Positions 9,176 to 17,912 of a stretch of 64,000 nucleotides of DNA are shown here, piece by piece; positions within the stretch are counted from its first letter, which is position 1, and each line of letters opens with the position of its first letter. Source of the DNA: Clostridiaceae bacterium (GTDB lineage: Bacteria; Bacillota; Clostridia; Saccharofermentanales; DTU023). The stretch covers positions 76,943-140,942 of the forward strand of contig JAAZJH010000072.1 in the NCBI GenBank assembly GCA_012800435.1, in the 5' to 3' direction. The notes under the pieces are model-generated. The model saw nothing but the letters and a program-made list of their open reading frames with translations. It made no database searches and was not told where the DNA came from. The position numbers and the translations under genes were made by a program.

Positions 9176-11029
9176 TTAGTCGTAAATACGTTTTACCAGG
9201 GAAGGCTGACGGTAATAGTTTCGTATGCCTTCAATTTTGGCAGCAGGCCGCGTTGCATGAACAAACTGCTCCCCTCCGATATAAATGGCAACATGATCAT
9301 AAGTCCTGCCGCCATTGCTTGAATAGAACAACAAATCGCCCGGCAACAGCGAGGAATAGTCGTAAGCTCTGAATGCCACTCTCGTGCCATAGGTCTGAGC
9401 AATAGTATTGGCGCTCTGTCTCGATCGCCAGTTGAAACCGGCAACTTTATAGACGTAGTACACGAGACCGGAACAATCCATATAATTCTTCGTCACTGCA
9501 TCGACAGTAGAGCGATACGGCACGCCGACACACGATCTTGCAATCTCAACGATGCGGGCGCGTACGGCATCATTGGCAGGATTGCCTCTAGCCGCGGATG
9601 AAGCGGGCGCCGGAGGAGAGGTTGGCTTCGTTGTCGTAGCCGGCTTCGTCGTTCCTGCACTTGACGCAGGAGTCGTGCTGGAAGGCGGCGAAGAAGGAAC
9701 TGTCGCTGTATTGCGAATCAAATCGTTGCGGATATAACCGAACTCGCCGTTTGGCGCTTTTACCATCGTCCATTCGCTGCCAACCGCTTTTGTCAAAATA
9801 GATGCACCTTCATAAACAACGGCAACGATTAACGAATCCGTATTCGGCATTGTGCGAATATTCACGGAAGCGCAATTGATGTATACCGTCTTCTCTACAC
9901 GAGTATATCCTGCCGGCGGAGGCGTAACGATGGTCAACATATCGCTGCGTATGAATCCGGTTTTACCGTTTGACAAGCGAACCTTTGACCACGTGCTGTT
10001 GGCCTCAATTTCATACACACTCTCATCGCGCTTCACGGAACCGATAATCGGTCCGTTAGCAGACGGTGAATTGCGCAACAAGACCTCATCCTCGTTGGCG
10101 TAGAGTGTACGGCCCATGCTCTCAAACGTATCCTCGGGAGGTGTCGATTTCAAAAGGTCTTTGTGAATATAGCCTTCAATGCCGCTGACAATACTAACCT
10201 GAACCCAATCGCCTTTTTCAGCGATCAGGCTGACACGATCGTTTTCACAAAGGTAAATGACCACTGCTGAGTTTTCAGTCGGCTGCTCGCGAAGATTAAC
10301 GACTTTCGCCTTAACGTAGAGATCGACAGGCGCAGGCGGAGCGACAGGTTCCGGACGTACGGGAACATTGACGTCAAAAAGATCGTTGCGCATGTAGCCC
10401 GTGATACCCGTCTCTGTGCGAACTTTCGACCATTCAGCGCCTTTCTCAAGCACGAGAAGTTTCAAGCCGAAAGTAGCCAGACCTTCGACGTCATGATTTT
10501 GACCGGGTCCGACACGCACATAAACTACTTCTTTTTGAACATAGTGCGGCGTATTATCAACGGGAGGCTTTGAGGGCGCCGCTGTTTCAACCGGCTCTGT
10601 AGGAAGCACATTCAACAACGCTTCCGGATCCGATTCCGAAGGTTCGGGCTCGTCGGTGATTTCAATAACGAGGGCGTCATTTGGAGACATCGTGTTATCG
10701 ACATCAAGCGGAAGCAGTTCATCCGGTTTGTTCGCTTTATCCTGTCGACTAAACGTTGGCGTATCACCTCGATTGATCAGCATGGCCTGGTGATTCTTTT
10801 GATCAAATTGTTCGAACGCTTGAATAGTCGCTTCCTTTTTGTTCGAAACGACCATTTGCGCGATAAATACAGAAAGCACAGCTACAAAGGCAATCACTGC
10901 AAGCGCGTAAAGAAGAAAATTCTTAGCAAGAATTTTCGTCAGCATGCGTCGCCACCGGCCAACCGGTACACGACTTGTGCGGAGTGTCACCGCACGTATA
11001 CCTTTTTTCGGATTCCGTCGTCCGTGCAT
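9176..11029 (-). CDS. membrane-anchored cell-wall hydrolase: TM anchor, four SH3b-like repeats, Pro/Thr/Ser linker, C-terminal NlpC/P60 domain
   Basis: Four repeats of about 60 aa each end in G(Y/F)(M/I)(R/H)xDL. The linker reads PSSPPSSTTPASSAGTTKPATTTKPTSPPAP. The C-terminus reads DCSGLVYYVY...GDLLFY...YDHVAIYIG, giving an NlpC/P60 Cys-His pattern. ATG 11029 is preceded by AAAGGAG at 8 nt; the track start 11053 is a TTG. Confidence 0.8.
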   Translation of the reverse strand: MHGRRNPKKGIRAVTLRTSRVPVGRWRRMLTKILAKNFLLYALAVIAFVAVLSVFIAQMVVSNKKEATIQAFEQFDQKNHQAMLINRGDTPTFSRQDKANKPDELLPLDVDNTMSPNDALVIEITDEPEPSESDPEALLNVLPTEPVETAAPSKPPVDNTPHYVQKEVVYVRVGPGQNHDVEGLATFGLKLLVLEKGAEWSKVRTETGITGYMRNDLFDVNVPVRPEPVAPPAPVDLYVKAKVVNLREQPTENSAVVIYLCENDRVSLIAEKGDWVQVSIVSGIEGYIHKDLLKSTPPEDTFESMGRTLYANEDEVLLRNSPSANGPIIGSVKRDESVYEIEANSTWSKVRLSNGKTGFIRSDMLTIVTPPPAGYTRVEKTVYINCASVNIRTMPNTDSLIVAVVYEGASILTKAVGSEWTMVKAPNGEFGYIRNDLIRNTATVPSSPPSSTTPASSAGTTKPATTTKPTSPPAPASSAARGNPANDAVRARIVEIARSCVGVPYRSTVDAVTKNYMDCSGLVYYVYKVAGFNWRSRQSANTIAQTYGTRVAFRAYDYSSLLPGDLLFYSSNGGRTYDHVAIYIGGEQFVHATRPAAKIEGIRNYYRQPSLVKRIYD

Positions 11030-11143
11030 TCCGAAAGCTCCTTTGCACAACAATACGCGTGCAGATAGTTAGACAGATTATAGCATCAGCGGTTAGGAAG
11101 AGCAACTTATGTCCATTAAGCCATAAAGCCTGTGTAGTGCAGA

Positions 11144-12751
11144 TTAGCAAAAAAGTAACATATTTGTAATATCTCTAAAAAAAGAGTTTACAAGTCTTGT
11201 GCCCGCAAGCGCATCGGCTGTTCCTCCTGCAGTTAGCCGTTCTTCCTCAAATTGTAATTCCAAAAGAGAAAGACATGCATCAATAGACGAATCGTCAGCT
11301 TTTATTAACGCCTCTATCCATGCAGTAATCCATTCATCATCCTGTAACCGCACATCGGGGACCCAATAGTTCAACAGGAAAGTACGCAAGGTATTGGAAC
11401 GCAAACTGCCTCCTCTTTTCGTAACGGTCGTATCATCGATTACTCCAAGTAAAGCCAAAAAGACACGGCGCCCCATTGCATCATCATATTCTGTGCTGTT
11501 TGATCCTAAGGAACAATAGACTGATGTCATCACCGGCAATCCTGTATCCATAATCGACGGGAAGCCTTTGAGCGCTTCCTGGCGAACTCCGGATGCTTCC
11601 GAGGCAACCGGAAGTACAGCTCTAACCTGCTCAAAGAACGGAGAATTATTAACAACATGCTCCAGTGCTTCTGCGACCTTGATGATCAAGAACTGAAATC
11701 TATCTTTTAGGGTATCCGACTTCTCAAAAAGCGTCGCGTCCTCTCCCAACGCGCCGCGAAAGAACAACCCCATCGCAGCAAGCAGCACACCGGACATGTA
11801 AATCCAACCACGGTGAGTATTAACGCCTTCTGTCGAATCAAACATGCGCTGTTCGGCAAATATTCCTTCCAGACGAAGCTTTTGCGCATCGTTTTGAGAT
11901 AACGCAGGCATCGTTTTAATGGCAGCGGGATGTTCATCAGATTTTACTCTGTTACTTGCTCGATTTCCCCTGCATTCGTATACTTCAAATGATTCCAACG
12001 AGACATATTCCTCGGAAAAAAAACCGATACGAAACGCAGCTTCATAGTAAGAATAAAATACCGATTGCGCACGACCAAAAGTAAAACGATCCATGTCATC
12101 ATGTGAACCGGAGCTCTGCATCGTGACAAGACCGGGTTTTTTGGACACCATAAGTTCAAATGAAGATGCTTCCGAAGCATTTGCCGCCATACGTGCCGAT
12201 GCCTCCCCGGCCACGGCCTGCATCATCCGCCTTTTAGTTTCGCGATCAAGCGCATTTGTATCATGCGCACGAGAACGCGCGCAGATTGAGGCTGGCTGAT
12301 CGCAGAGCAGACATCGCCGCGGCGAATCACCGAGCGCGCTTCGACTGATCTGGGAACCGTCTTGATCAATAACATCTAAATCAAGAAGACGAGAAGCGGG
12401 GCTTTGATCTTCCAAGGCTATTGCCAGACGTTTCACAGCATGAGCGCTTAGACCTTTTATGGCAAAAAGAGCTTCATCTCCCGTTTTTTCCCGCAAAATA
12501 TTTTCGTGCTCGATCTTCGCTCCGAGACCTTTTAATACATCTTTCAATCGTTTTACTTCATTGTTAAAAAAAAGAACACTCAAACGCGTGCGCTTGACGT
12601 TACCCGGGATATTGAGCGTCATAGAAAGAAGCGGCAAACCGGTCTCACTCAAGAGGCGTTTTTGACGTGCCAAGCGCAGATCACGCGCACGAAGCATCTC
12701 TTCAAGTTTCACAGGCTGATAATAGATTTGCTTTTCAAGCTTATTAGTCAT
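11144..12751 (-). CDS. citXG: fused holo-ACP synthase CitX (about aa 1-175) and triphosphoribosyl-dephospho-CoA synthase CitG (about aa 190-535)
   Basis: The N-terminal half resembles CitX (LEEMLRARDLRxxRQ, LNIPGxxK, DLDVID). The C-terminal half carries CitG motifs KPGLV...GSHDDM, EGVNTHRG, DTTVTKRGG and AGGTADAL. The ATG at 12751 overlaps the upstream stop by 8 nt. Confidence 0.85.
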   Translation of the reverse strand: MTNKLEKQIYYQPVKLEEMLRARDLRLARQKRLLSETGLPLLSMTLNIPGNVKRTRLSVLFFNNEVKRLKDVLKGLGAKIEHENILREKTGDEALFAIKGLSAHAVKRLAIALEDQSPASRLLDLDVIDQDGSQISRSALGDSPRRCLLCDQPASICARSRAHDTNALDRETKRRMMQAVAGEASARMAANASEASSFELMVSKKPGLVTMQSSGSHDDMDRFTFGRAQSVFYSYYEAAFRIGFFSEEYVSLESFEVYECRGNRASNRVKSDEHPAAIKTMPALSQNDAQKLRLEGIFAEQRMFDSTEGVNTHRGWIYMSGVLLAAMGLFFRGALGEDATLFEKSDTLKDRFQFLIIKVAEALEHVVNNSPFFEQVRAVLPVASEASGVRQEALKGFPSIMDTGLPVMTSVYCSLGSNSTEYDDAMGRRVFLALLGVIDDTTVTKRGGSLRSNTLRTFLLNYWVPDVRLQDDEWITAWIEALIKADDSSIDACLSLLELQFEEERLTAGGTADALAGTRLVNSFFRDITNMLLFC

Positions 12752-13718
12752 GAATTGACTCGCTACTTCTTTCCTTCTCTGACGGCATGTAGTGCATTAA
12801 CTTCAATGTATTAAGTTCGGAGAGACTGTAATCGCTAGGTATTTCAACGAGTCCGAGAATTTGTGCTTCTTTAGTGATGGGATGAGTGATGAATTCGTGG
12901 TAAAGCTGAAAATTTCGAATCTTTCCGGTCGATGCCACATGCATTCGCGGACCCGTACAGTAGTGGCGCTGGTCACCTATCAGAACGTGGGTATTATCCA
13001 AATATGAAATAGGCAAATCTTTCGCAATAAGACCATTGACATCTCTTTCCAAATCACGAAGATCAATGTCCGGTTTATCCTGAAACGAAAGGATAAAACC
13101 CGAGCGGACATCGTTATGTTCATAGCGGTAAACACGGCGGTCAATAAGACAGTACTCGACTAAATCTTCTGCCGAATGTGCCATCCGTCGCGTGTTAATC
13201 GATGCGTAGACTACTTCTTTAATATCATCCGGTTCCGGACCAAAAACACTTGGACGTGTCACTATGATTTCTTCACCGAGACCAATGAGCAAATGTGCAT
13301 TCACACCGAGATACGGATAAATCAAATCGAAATGCTCAACGATCACGCGTTTTCTACGCGATAGAGCTAAATTAATCGCATCGGCAAGCTCATGAGCTTG
13401 CGTGAACGCCAATTCAAAACGGATATCGATATGGTACGTGTGGGGCGTGAAAAAACCGGTATCGTCCTGATGGAGAAGCGGAAGCGGCCTCACGTTGACA
13501 CCTTCGTCATCGTTCGTCAACTCTAAACCCGGAAACATACCCTTGATCAGAATACTTTTTCCGGAACCGCTGTCTCCGATCAATCCGATCAATAGATCAA
13601 ACGGCGACAGATACTGCTGGGCAATCTGCATTCCTTGGTCTGCCATGCGCGCTGCGCCACGTGGTGACAAAAGAATCGAGTACAGATGGTTGCGTTGCAT
13701 ACGGTCTGAATATGACAT
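12744..13718 (-). CDS. uncharacterised P-loop NTPase (Walker A GDSGSGKS), translationally coupled to citXG
   Basis: 324-aa ORF with RBS GGAGAGGA before the ATG at 13718. Walker A sits at aa 48-55, followed by LELTNDDEG at aa 65-73. I recognise no other family motif. The stop TAA at 12744-12746 lies inside the citXG start region. Confidence 0.6.
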   Translation of the reverse strand: MSYSDRMQRNHLYSILLSPRGAARMADQGMQIAQQYLSPFDLLIGLIGDSGSGKSILIKGMFPGLELTNDDEGVNVRPLPLLHQDDTGFFTPHTYHIDIRFELAFTQAHELADAINLALSRRKRVIVEHFDLIYPYLGVNAHLLIGLGEEIIVTRPSVFGPEPDDIKEVVYASINTRRMAHSAEDLVEYCLIDRRVYRYEHNDVRSGFILSFQDKPDIDLRDLERDVNGLIAKDLPISYLDNTHVLIGDQRHYCTGPRMHVASTGKIRNFQLYHEFITHPITKEAQILGLVEIPSDYSLSELNTLKLMHYMPSEKERSSESIHD

Positions 13719-13781
13719 GAATAATCCTCTCCGGAACCGTCACACGTTAGACTGTGAAAGCGGTCACCCTGTTTTACTTAC

Positions 13782-13802
13782 TATTATAGATTTATTATAG
13801 AT
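13782..13802. repeat. tandem direct repeat TATTATAGAT x2 (11-bp period) in a divergent intergenic region
   Basis: Copies at 13782-13791 and 13793-13802, read directly from the sequence. They lie between the P-loop/citXG operon start and the SDR gene. Confidence 0.7.
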
Positions 13803-13951
13803 GAAGTTTAAGGATGAAGTGTGCCCGACTCGACATTAGATCTTTTCTTTTTCGTCATAATTTTCCGCTGTTTCTACGTAACTGTGCGTCTATGCACATG
13901 TTATAAAGAATATGCGGGTTTCTTACAACGATAGATTAGGGGGGACAAGCC

Positions 13952-15067
13952 GTGTCAATAAATACGGAAATAGAAAAAAATCATCAAAGCCATGACGTTA
14001 GCGGAGTTTTACAAAACGACCATAAAGTATGGATTGTGACCGGCGCCTCCGGTCATCTCGGTAATACAGTCATTCGACGCTTGGTTATGCAGGGTGCACA
14101 CGTACGCGCACTTATCATTGAAAAGGAACGTCCGGAAGCTTTGCGCGGTATTAACTGTGAAGTCATTTCCGGCAATATTTTAGACAGACAAAGCCTTGAA
14201 CCTTTGTTTGCAGGTTTAGAGGATAAGGAGATTTACGTCCTGCATTTAGCAGGCCAAATCAGCATCTTCTCAGGTCACGCCCCTGCCGTCTTCAAAGTAA
14301 ACGTCGACGGTACGAGAAATATGTTGGATGCCTCCGCTTACCACAGTGTTCACAGATTCCTCTATTGCAGCACGGTACATGCTATTCCTGTACCTGAGAA
14401 AGACGTTTCTATCGCTGAAATAGAACATTTCGATCCCGAACTTGTTATCGGAAGCTACGCCAAATCGAAAGCAAGTGCGACTAAGCTTGTTCTCGACGCA
14501 GCAAAGCAAGGTTTTCCCGCTGTGGTTGTCCAACCTGTCGGGATCCTCGGACCATACGATCAACTTCAAGGACATATGACCCGTCTCATCTCACGTTTTG
14601 CGCTTGGCCGACTTCCCGGAATGATCCGCGGCACTTATAATTTCGCAGATGTTCGCGATATCGCTGAAGGCGCCATCAATGCGATTTTGCACGGCAAGAT
14701 CGGCGAATCTTATATTCTTTCCGGCCATGTGACGAGTATCAAGGATATGTTAAATATTGTAGCTGAATTGATTGGACGCAAAAAAATAAAGCGGACGATT
14801 CCACTTTGGCTGGCACGCATTGGTGCGCCGATCATAGAAGGATTCAGCCGTATCTTCAATAAACCGCCGCTTTTTACGACATATTCACTTCATACACTTC
14901 AAACACCGTGTCATTTCTCCAGCGAAAAAGCGCGACATGAATTAGGCTACAGCATCCGTCCCCTAAAGGGAACACTACGGGACACGCTATTATTTATGGA
15001 ACGTCATCAGATGTTTGGTCGCCGTTGTCTCACTTTGAACATGAACAACAATGTATCAAAAAGCTGA
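13952..15067 (+). CDS. NAD(P)-dependent epimerase/dehydratase-family (extended SDR) protein
   Basis: Rossmann motif VTGASGHLGNTVIRRLV, YxxxK (YAKSK), and a length of about 370 aa. GTG start 7 nt after AGGGGGG. Confidence 0.75.
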   Translation: MSINTEIEKNHQSHDVSGVLQNDHKVWIVTGASGHLGNTVIRRLVMQGAHVRALIIEKERPEALRGINCEVISGNILDRQSLEPLFAGLEDKEIYVLHLAGQISIFSGHAPAVFKVNVDGTRNMLDASAYHSVHRFLYCSTVHAIPVPEKDVSIAEIEHFDPELVIGSYAKSKASATKLVLDAAKQGFPAVVVQPVGILGPYDQLQGHMTRLISRFALGRLPGMIRGTYNFADVRDIAEGAINAILHGKIGESYILSGHVTSIKDMLNIVAELIGRKKIKRTIPLWLARIGAPIIEGFSRIFNKPPLFTTYSLHTLQTPCHFSSEKARHELGYSIRPLKGTLRDTLLFMERHQMFGRRCLTLNMNNNVSKS

Positions 15068-15168
15068 TTTTACTTTAATCGGCCGACGTTTTCGCTACAA
15101 TTTTTACATCTGCGAACTTGATAAATCAATCAATCTGATTTGTCTGAAAAACGGCGGAGTTCATATAC

Positions 15169-16593
15169 TTATTTATGGACGGCGCGGATGACATCAAGCT
15201 CATCACCGTCTCGCCCGATAACGCGCGCCACTATGCGCCCTTCATTTTTCAGAAGGCGAGGCTTGCCTGTCAGGCGCTCTGCCTTTTCTTTCAATTCTTC
15301 AATTGAAAAAACAGGTAGTCCGGCACCCGTTAAACAATCGTGCAGATCACGACGTTTTGGATTGTACGCCATACCGTATTGCGTTACGAGAAGATCAATC
15401 GTCTTGCCCGGCGTTGAGACGGTTTGCGGGCGATCCACGATTAGAGGAAGACGTGCTCGCACGAGCGGGGCTGCGATGATCGCAAGCGAAGCGCCTGCCG
15501 CCGTATCGCTGTGTCCGCCTGAGCCGCCCATAATCATCCCGTTCGAATCGGTATGAACATTGACGCTGAAATCCGTACCGATTTCCGTCGCACCTAAAAT
15601 CACTGCATCAAGACGATCGACGATCGTGCTTTTTGCCTGCGGGCTAGCGTAGCGCGAAGCGCTGATTTCAACATGGTGCGGATTCTTACGTATCGATGCC
15701 GCCGCTTCACGATCGAAACACTGAACGTCGGCAAGTGATTTAAAAACACCTTCATTCAAAAGATCGACCAGCAATCCGGTAATCCCGCCTGAGGCAAAAC
15801 TGCCCGTAACACCAAGTTTTCGCATCCGCTCTCCGATGTAAGCAGCAGCGGCAAGAGACGTGCCGCCCGCGCCCGTCTGAAACGAGAAATCGTCCTCTAA
15901 AAGCCCGCACGCTTCAATCGCCCGTGCTGTATAATCTGCGATTAACAGACCTATCGGGTCGCGTGTAATGCGTGTGGTGCCGGACATGATGCGGTCGGGA
16001 TCGCCTATGGAATCACATACGACAACGGCATCAACAAGGTTCTCCGGAATAGATACGTCTGTCAGCGGATAAGGCATGAGGTGATCGGTAATGACGATAA
16101 CGTAGTCCGCATGAACGGCATCACTCATCGCATAACCGATGGATCCGAAAGCCGAGGGTCCTTCTTTGCCATTGCAGTTCCCTTCCGGGTCGGAAGCGGA
16201 CGCCGCGATAAAAGCGACATCAATGTGAGCCGTTCCGCTTTCTAACGCCGCAGGTCGCCCGCCGTGCGTCCGAAAAAGAACGTCATTCGCTAAAAGCCCT
16301 TGTGATATTGCGTGACCGACAGAGGCATGCATGAAATTACATTCGATTCCGGTAACAACTCCAGCTCGAATCGCCTCTACCAAAGGGGTATGACATGCCA
16401 TAATGGAAGACGCGTTTACTGTGAGATTCGAAAAACCAAGTTCTGTGCATGTGTGAAGAACATCATTGAGCACATAGTCACCCGCCCGCAGGTGATGATG
16501 AAAGGAAATCGTCATCCCGTCTTTTAAACAGGACGAGCGAATAGCATCCTTCAGAGAAGGCATAACCTTACCGGTTCGGCGGCTCAGTTTCAC
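15169..16593 (-). CDS. citF: citrate-lyase alpha-subunit family CoA-transferase (CitF-like; probably the citramalate lyase alpha chain)
   Basis: LKDGMTISFHHHLRAGD, typical of CitF, with Gly-rich CoA-transferase segments. GTG 16593 follows AAAGGAG and sits 4 nt after the citE stop. Confidence 0.85.
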   Translation of the reverse strand: MKLSRRTGKVMPSLKDAIRSSCLKDGMTISFHHHLRAGDYVLNDVLHTCTELGFSNLTVNASSIMACHTPLVEAIRAGVVTGIECNFMHASVGHAISQGLLANDVLFRTHGGRPAALESGTAHIDVAFIAASASDPEGNCNGKEGPSAFGSIGYAMSDAVHADYVIVITDHLMPYPLTDVSIPENLVDAVVVCDSIGDPDRIMSGTTRITRDPIGLLIADYTARAIEACGLLEDDFSFQTGAGGTSLAAAAYIGERMRKLGVTGSFASGGITGLLVDLLNEGVFKSLADVQCFDREAAASIRKNPHHVEISASRYASPQAKSTIVDRLDAVILGATEIGTDFSVNVHTDSNGMIMGGSGGHSDTAAGASLAIIAAPLVRARLPLIVDRPQTVSTPGKTIDLLVTQYGMAYNPKRRDLHDCLTGAGLPVFSIEELKEKAERLTGKPRLLKNEGRIVARVIGRDGDELDVIRAVHK

Positions 16594-16597
16594 TTTT

Positions 16598-17497
16598 CTA
16601 ATCTCCTTTCGTCGATGTTGAACGTGATGTGCTCAACATGCCTGATGCAGTGGCGAGCTCAAGCGTTCGCTCTGCTTGCGCTAATACGGGAAGATCAATC
16701 ATTTTACCTCTGAGCGAAACAGCGCCAAGTCCCTCTTCTTTTGCTCGTCTCATCGCGCTAACCACGTCAAGTGCATAAGCGACCTCGCTTTCGCTTGGTC
16801 GAAACGCTCTATGGATAGGTTCGAGATGGTGCGGTGAAATGGCAAGTTTTCCGCTGAAACCGAGACTTCGAGCGTAAGATGCATCCTCGTAGCAACCTTC
16901 CGCATCGCGTGCATCAGTGAACGGGGTATCGATAACATCCAATCCACATGCGCGACCGGCCATTACCAGTCTTGTACGCGCATAAAACAGTTCTCGTGAC
17001 GCTTTCGTTCTGGAGCAGCCTAAATCCGCTGCAAGATCTTCGCCTCCAAGTGCAAGTGCGCGCACACGAGACGAAGCAGATGCAGCTTCAAAAGCTTTCT
17101 CAATGCCCATAGCCGTTTCAATGAGAAGAATCAAGCCGACACTACCGAGCGGCAAATCGGCTTTTTCTTCAGCTTCATCCAGGATAGATGCCGCTTTTTG
17201 AACGGTGTCAGAACCGACCGTTTTTGGCACCATTAGGGCGTCCGCCCCGGCTTTCGTGACATTGATGATGTCAAGGCGGGCATGAAAAGTTTCCATGTCA
17301 TTGATGCGCACGACCTTTTCTCGCACACCGAAGTCAAGCGTTGTCAGTGCCTGACTGATAAGTTCGCGTGCCGCATCCTTCTCTTTCTCAGAAACGGCAT
17401 CTTCTAAATCAAAAATTAGAACATCACACGGAAGCACCATCCCGTTTTGCAATATATTCGGTTGGTTGCCGGGTAAAAAAAGACATGAGCGCCTCAT
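16598..17497 (-). CDS. citE: citrate-lyase beta-subunit family (CitE-like, HpcH/HpaI aldolase fold; probably the citramalate lyase beta chain)
   Basis: From the internal MRRSCLFLPGNQPNILQNG...DVLIFDLEDAV the protein matches CitE-type N-termini. The 41-codon extension in the ORF track overlaps citD and is basic junk. Confidence 0.85.
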   Translation of the reverse strand: MRRSCLFLPGNQPNILQNGMVLPCDVLIFDLEDAVSEKEKDAARELISQALTTLDFGVREKVVRINDMETFHARLDIINVTKAGADALMVPKTVGSDTVQKAASILDEAEEKADLPLGSVGLILLIETAMGIEKAFEAASASSRVRALALGGEDLAADLGCSRTKASRELFYARTRLVMAGRACGLDVIDTPFTDARDAEGCYEDASYARSLGFSGKLAISPHHLEPIHRAFRPSESEVAYALDVVSAMRRAKEEGLGAVSLRGKMIDLPVLAQAERTLELATASGMLSTSRSTSTKGD

Positions 17498-17508
17498 CGC
17501 AATCCTCC

Positions 17509-17829
17509 TTATTCCGTCATAACGACTGTGTTCCCGTCTTTCCCTGAAGGATCTGCGGTATCGTCTTCTTCCATCAAAGCACGGCTGATTGCCGTATGGA
17601 GTCGCGCACGAAGTGTACAATCCAATGCTCCTTGATCGTCAAGATGAATGGCTCCTTGGCGAATGTTCATCGCATCAAGGACATCGCGAGCAGAACGTTC
17701 TATTGCATCGCCGAACTGGCGCACTACAGGAGATTGAATCTCAATTGTTAGCGTATCTGAAGGCATGACGGTCACAAGCACATCACCAGACTCCAACGTG
17801 CCTGCATGAGCTTTTTTCTGAATTTTCAT
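17509..17829 (-). CDS. citD: lyase acyl carrier protein (CitD, gamma subunit)
   Basis: MKIQKKAHAGTLESGDVLVTV matches the CitD AGTLESSD prosthetic-group serine motif. AGGAG precedes the ATG at 17829. Confidence 0.85.
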   Translation of the reverse strand: MKIQKKAHAGTLESGDVLVTVMPSDTLTIEIQSPVVRQFGDAIERSARDVLDAMNIRQGAIHLDDQGALDCTLRARLHTAISRALMEEDDTADPSGKDGNTVVMTE

Positions 17830-17912
17830 CTCCAACTCCTTCTTTAAGCTTGCGGACAAATGCATTATGATCGCCTAATGTCTCATCAAGGCTGAAGTCA
17901 TTTGCGAGCTAT

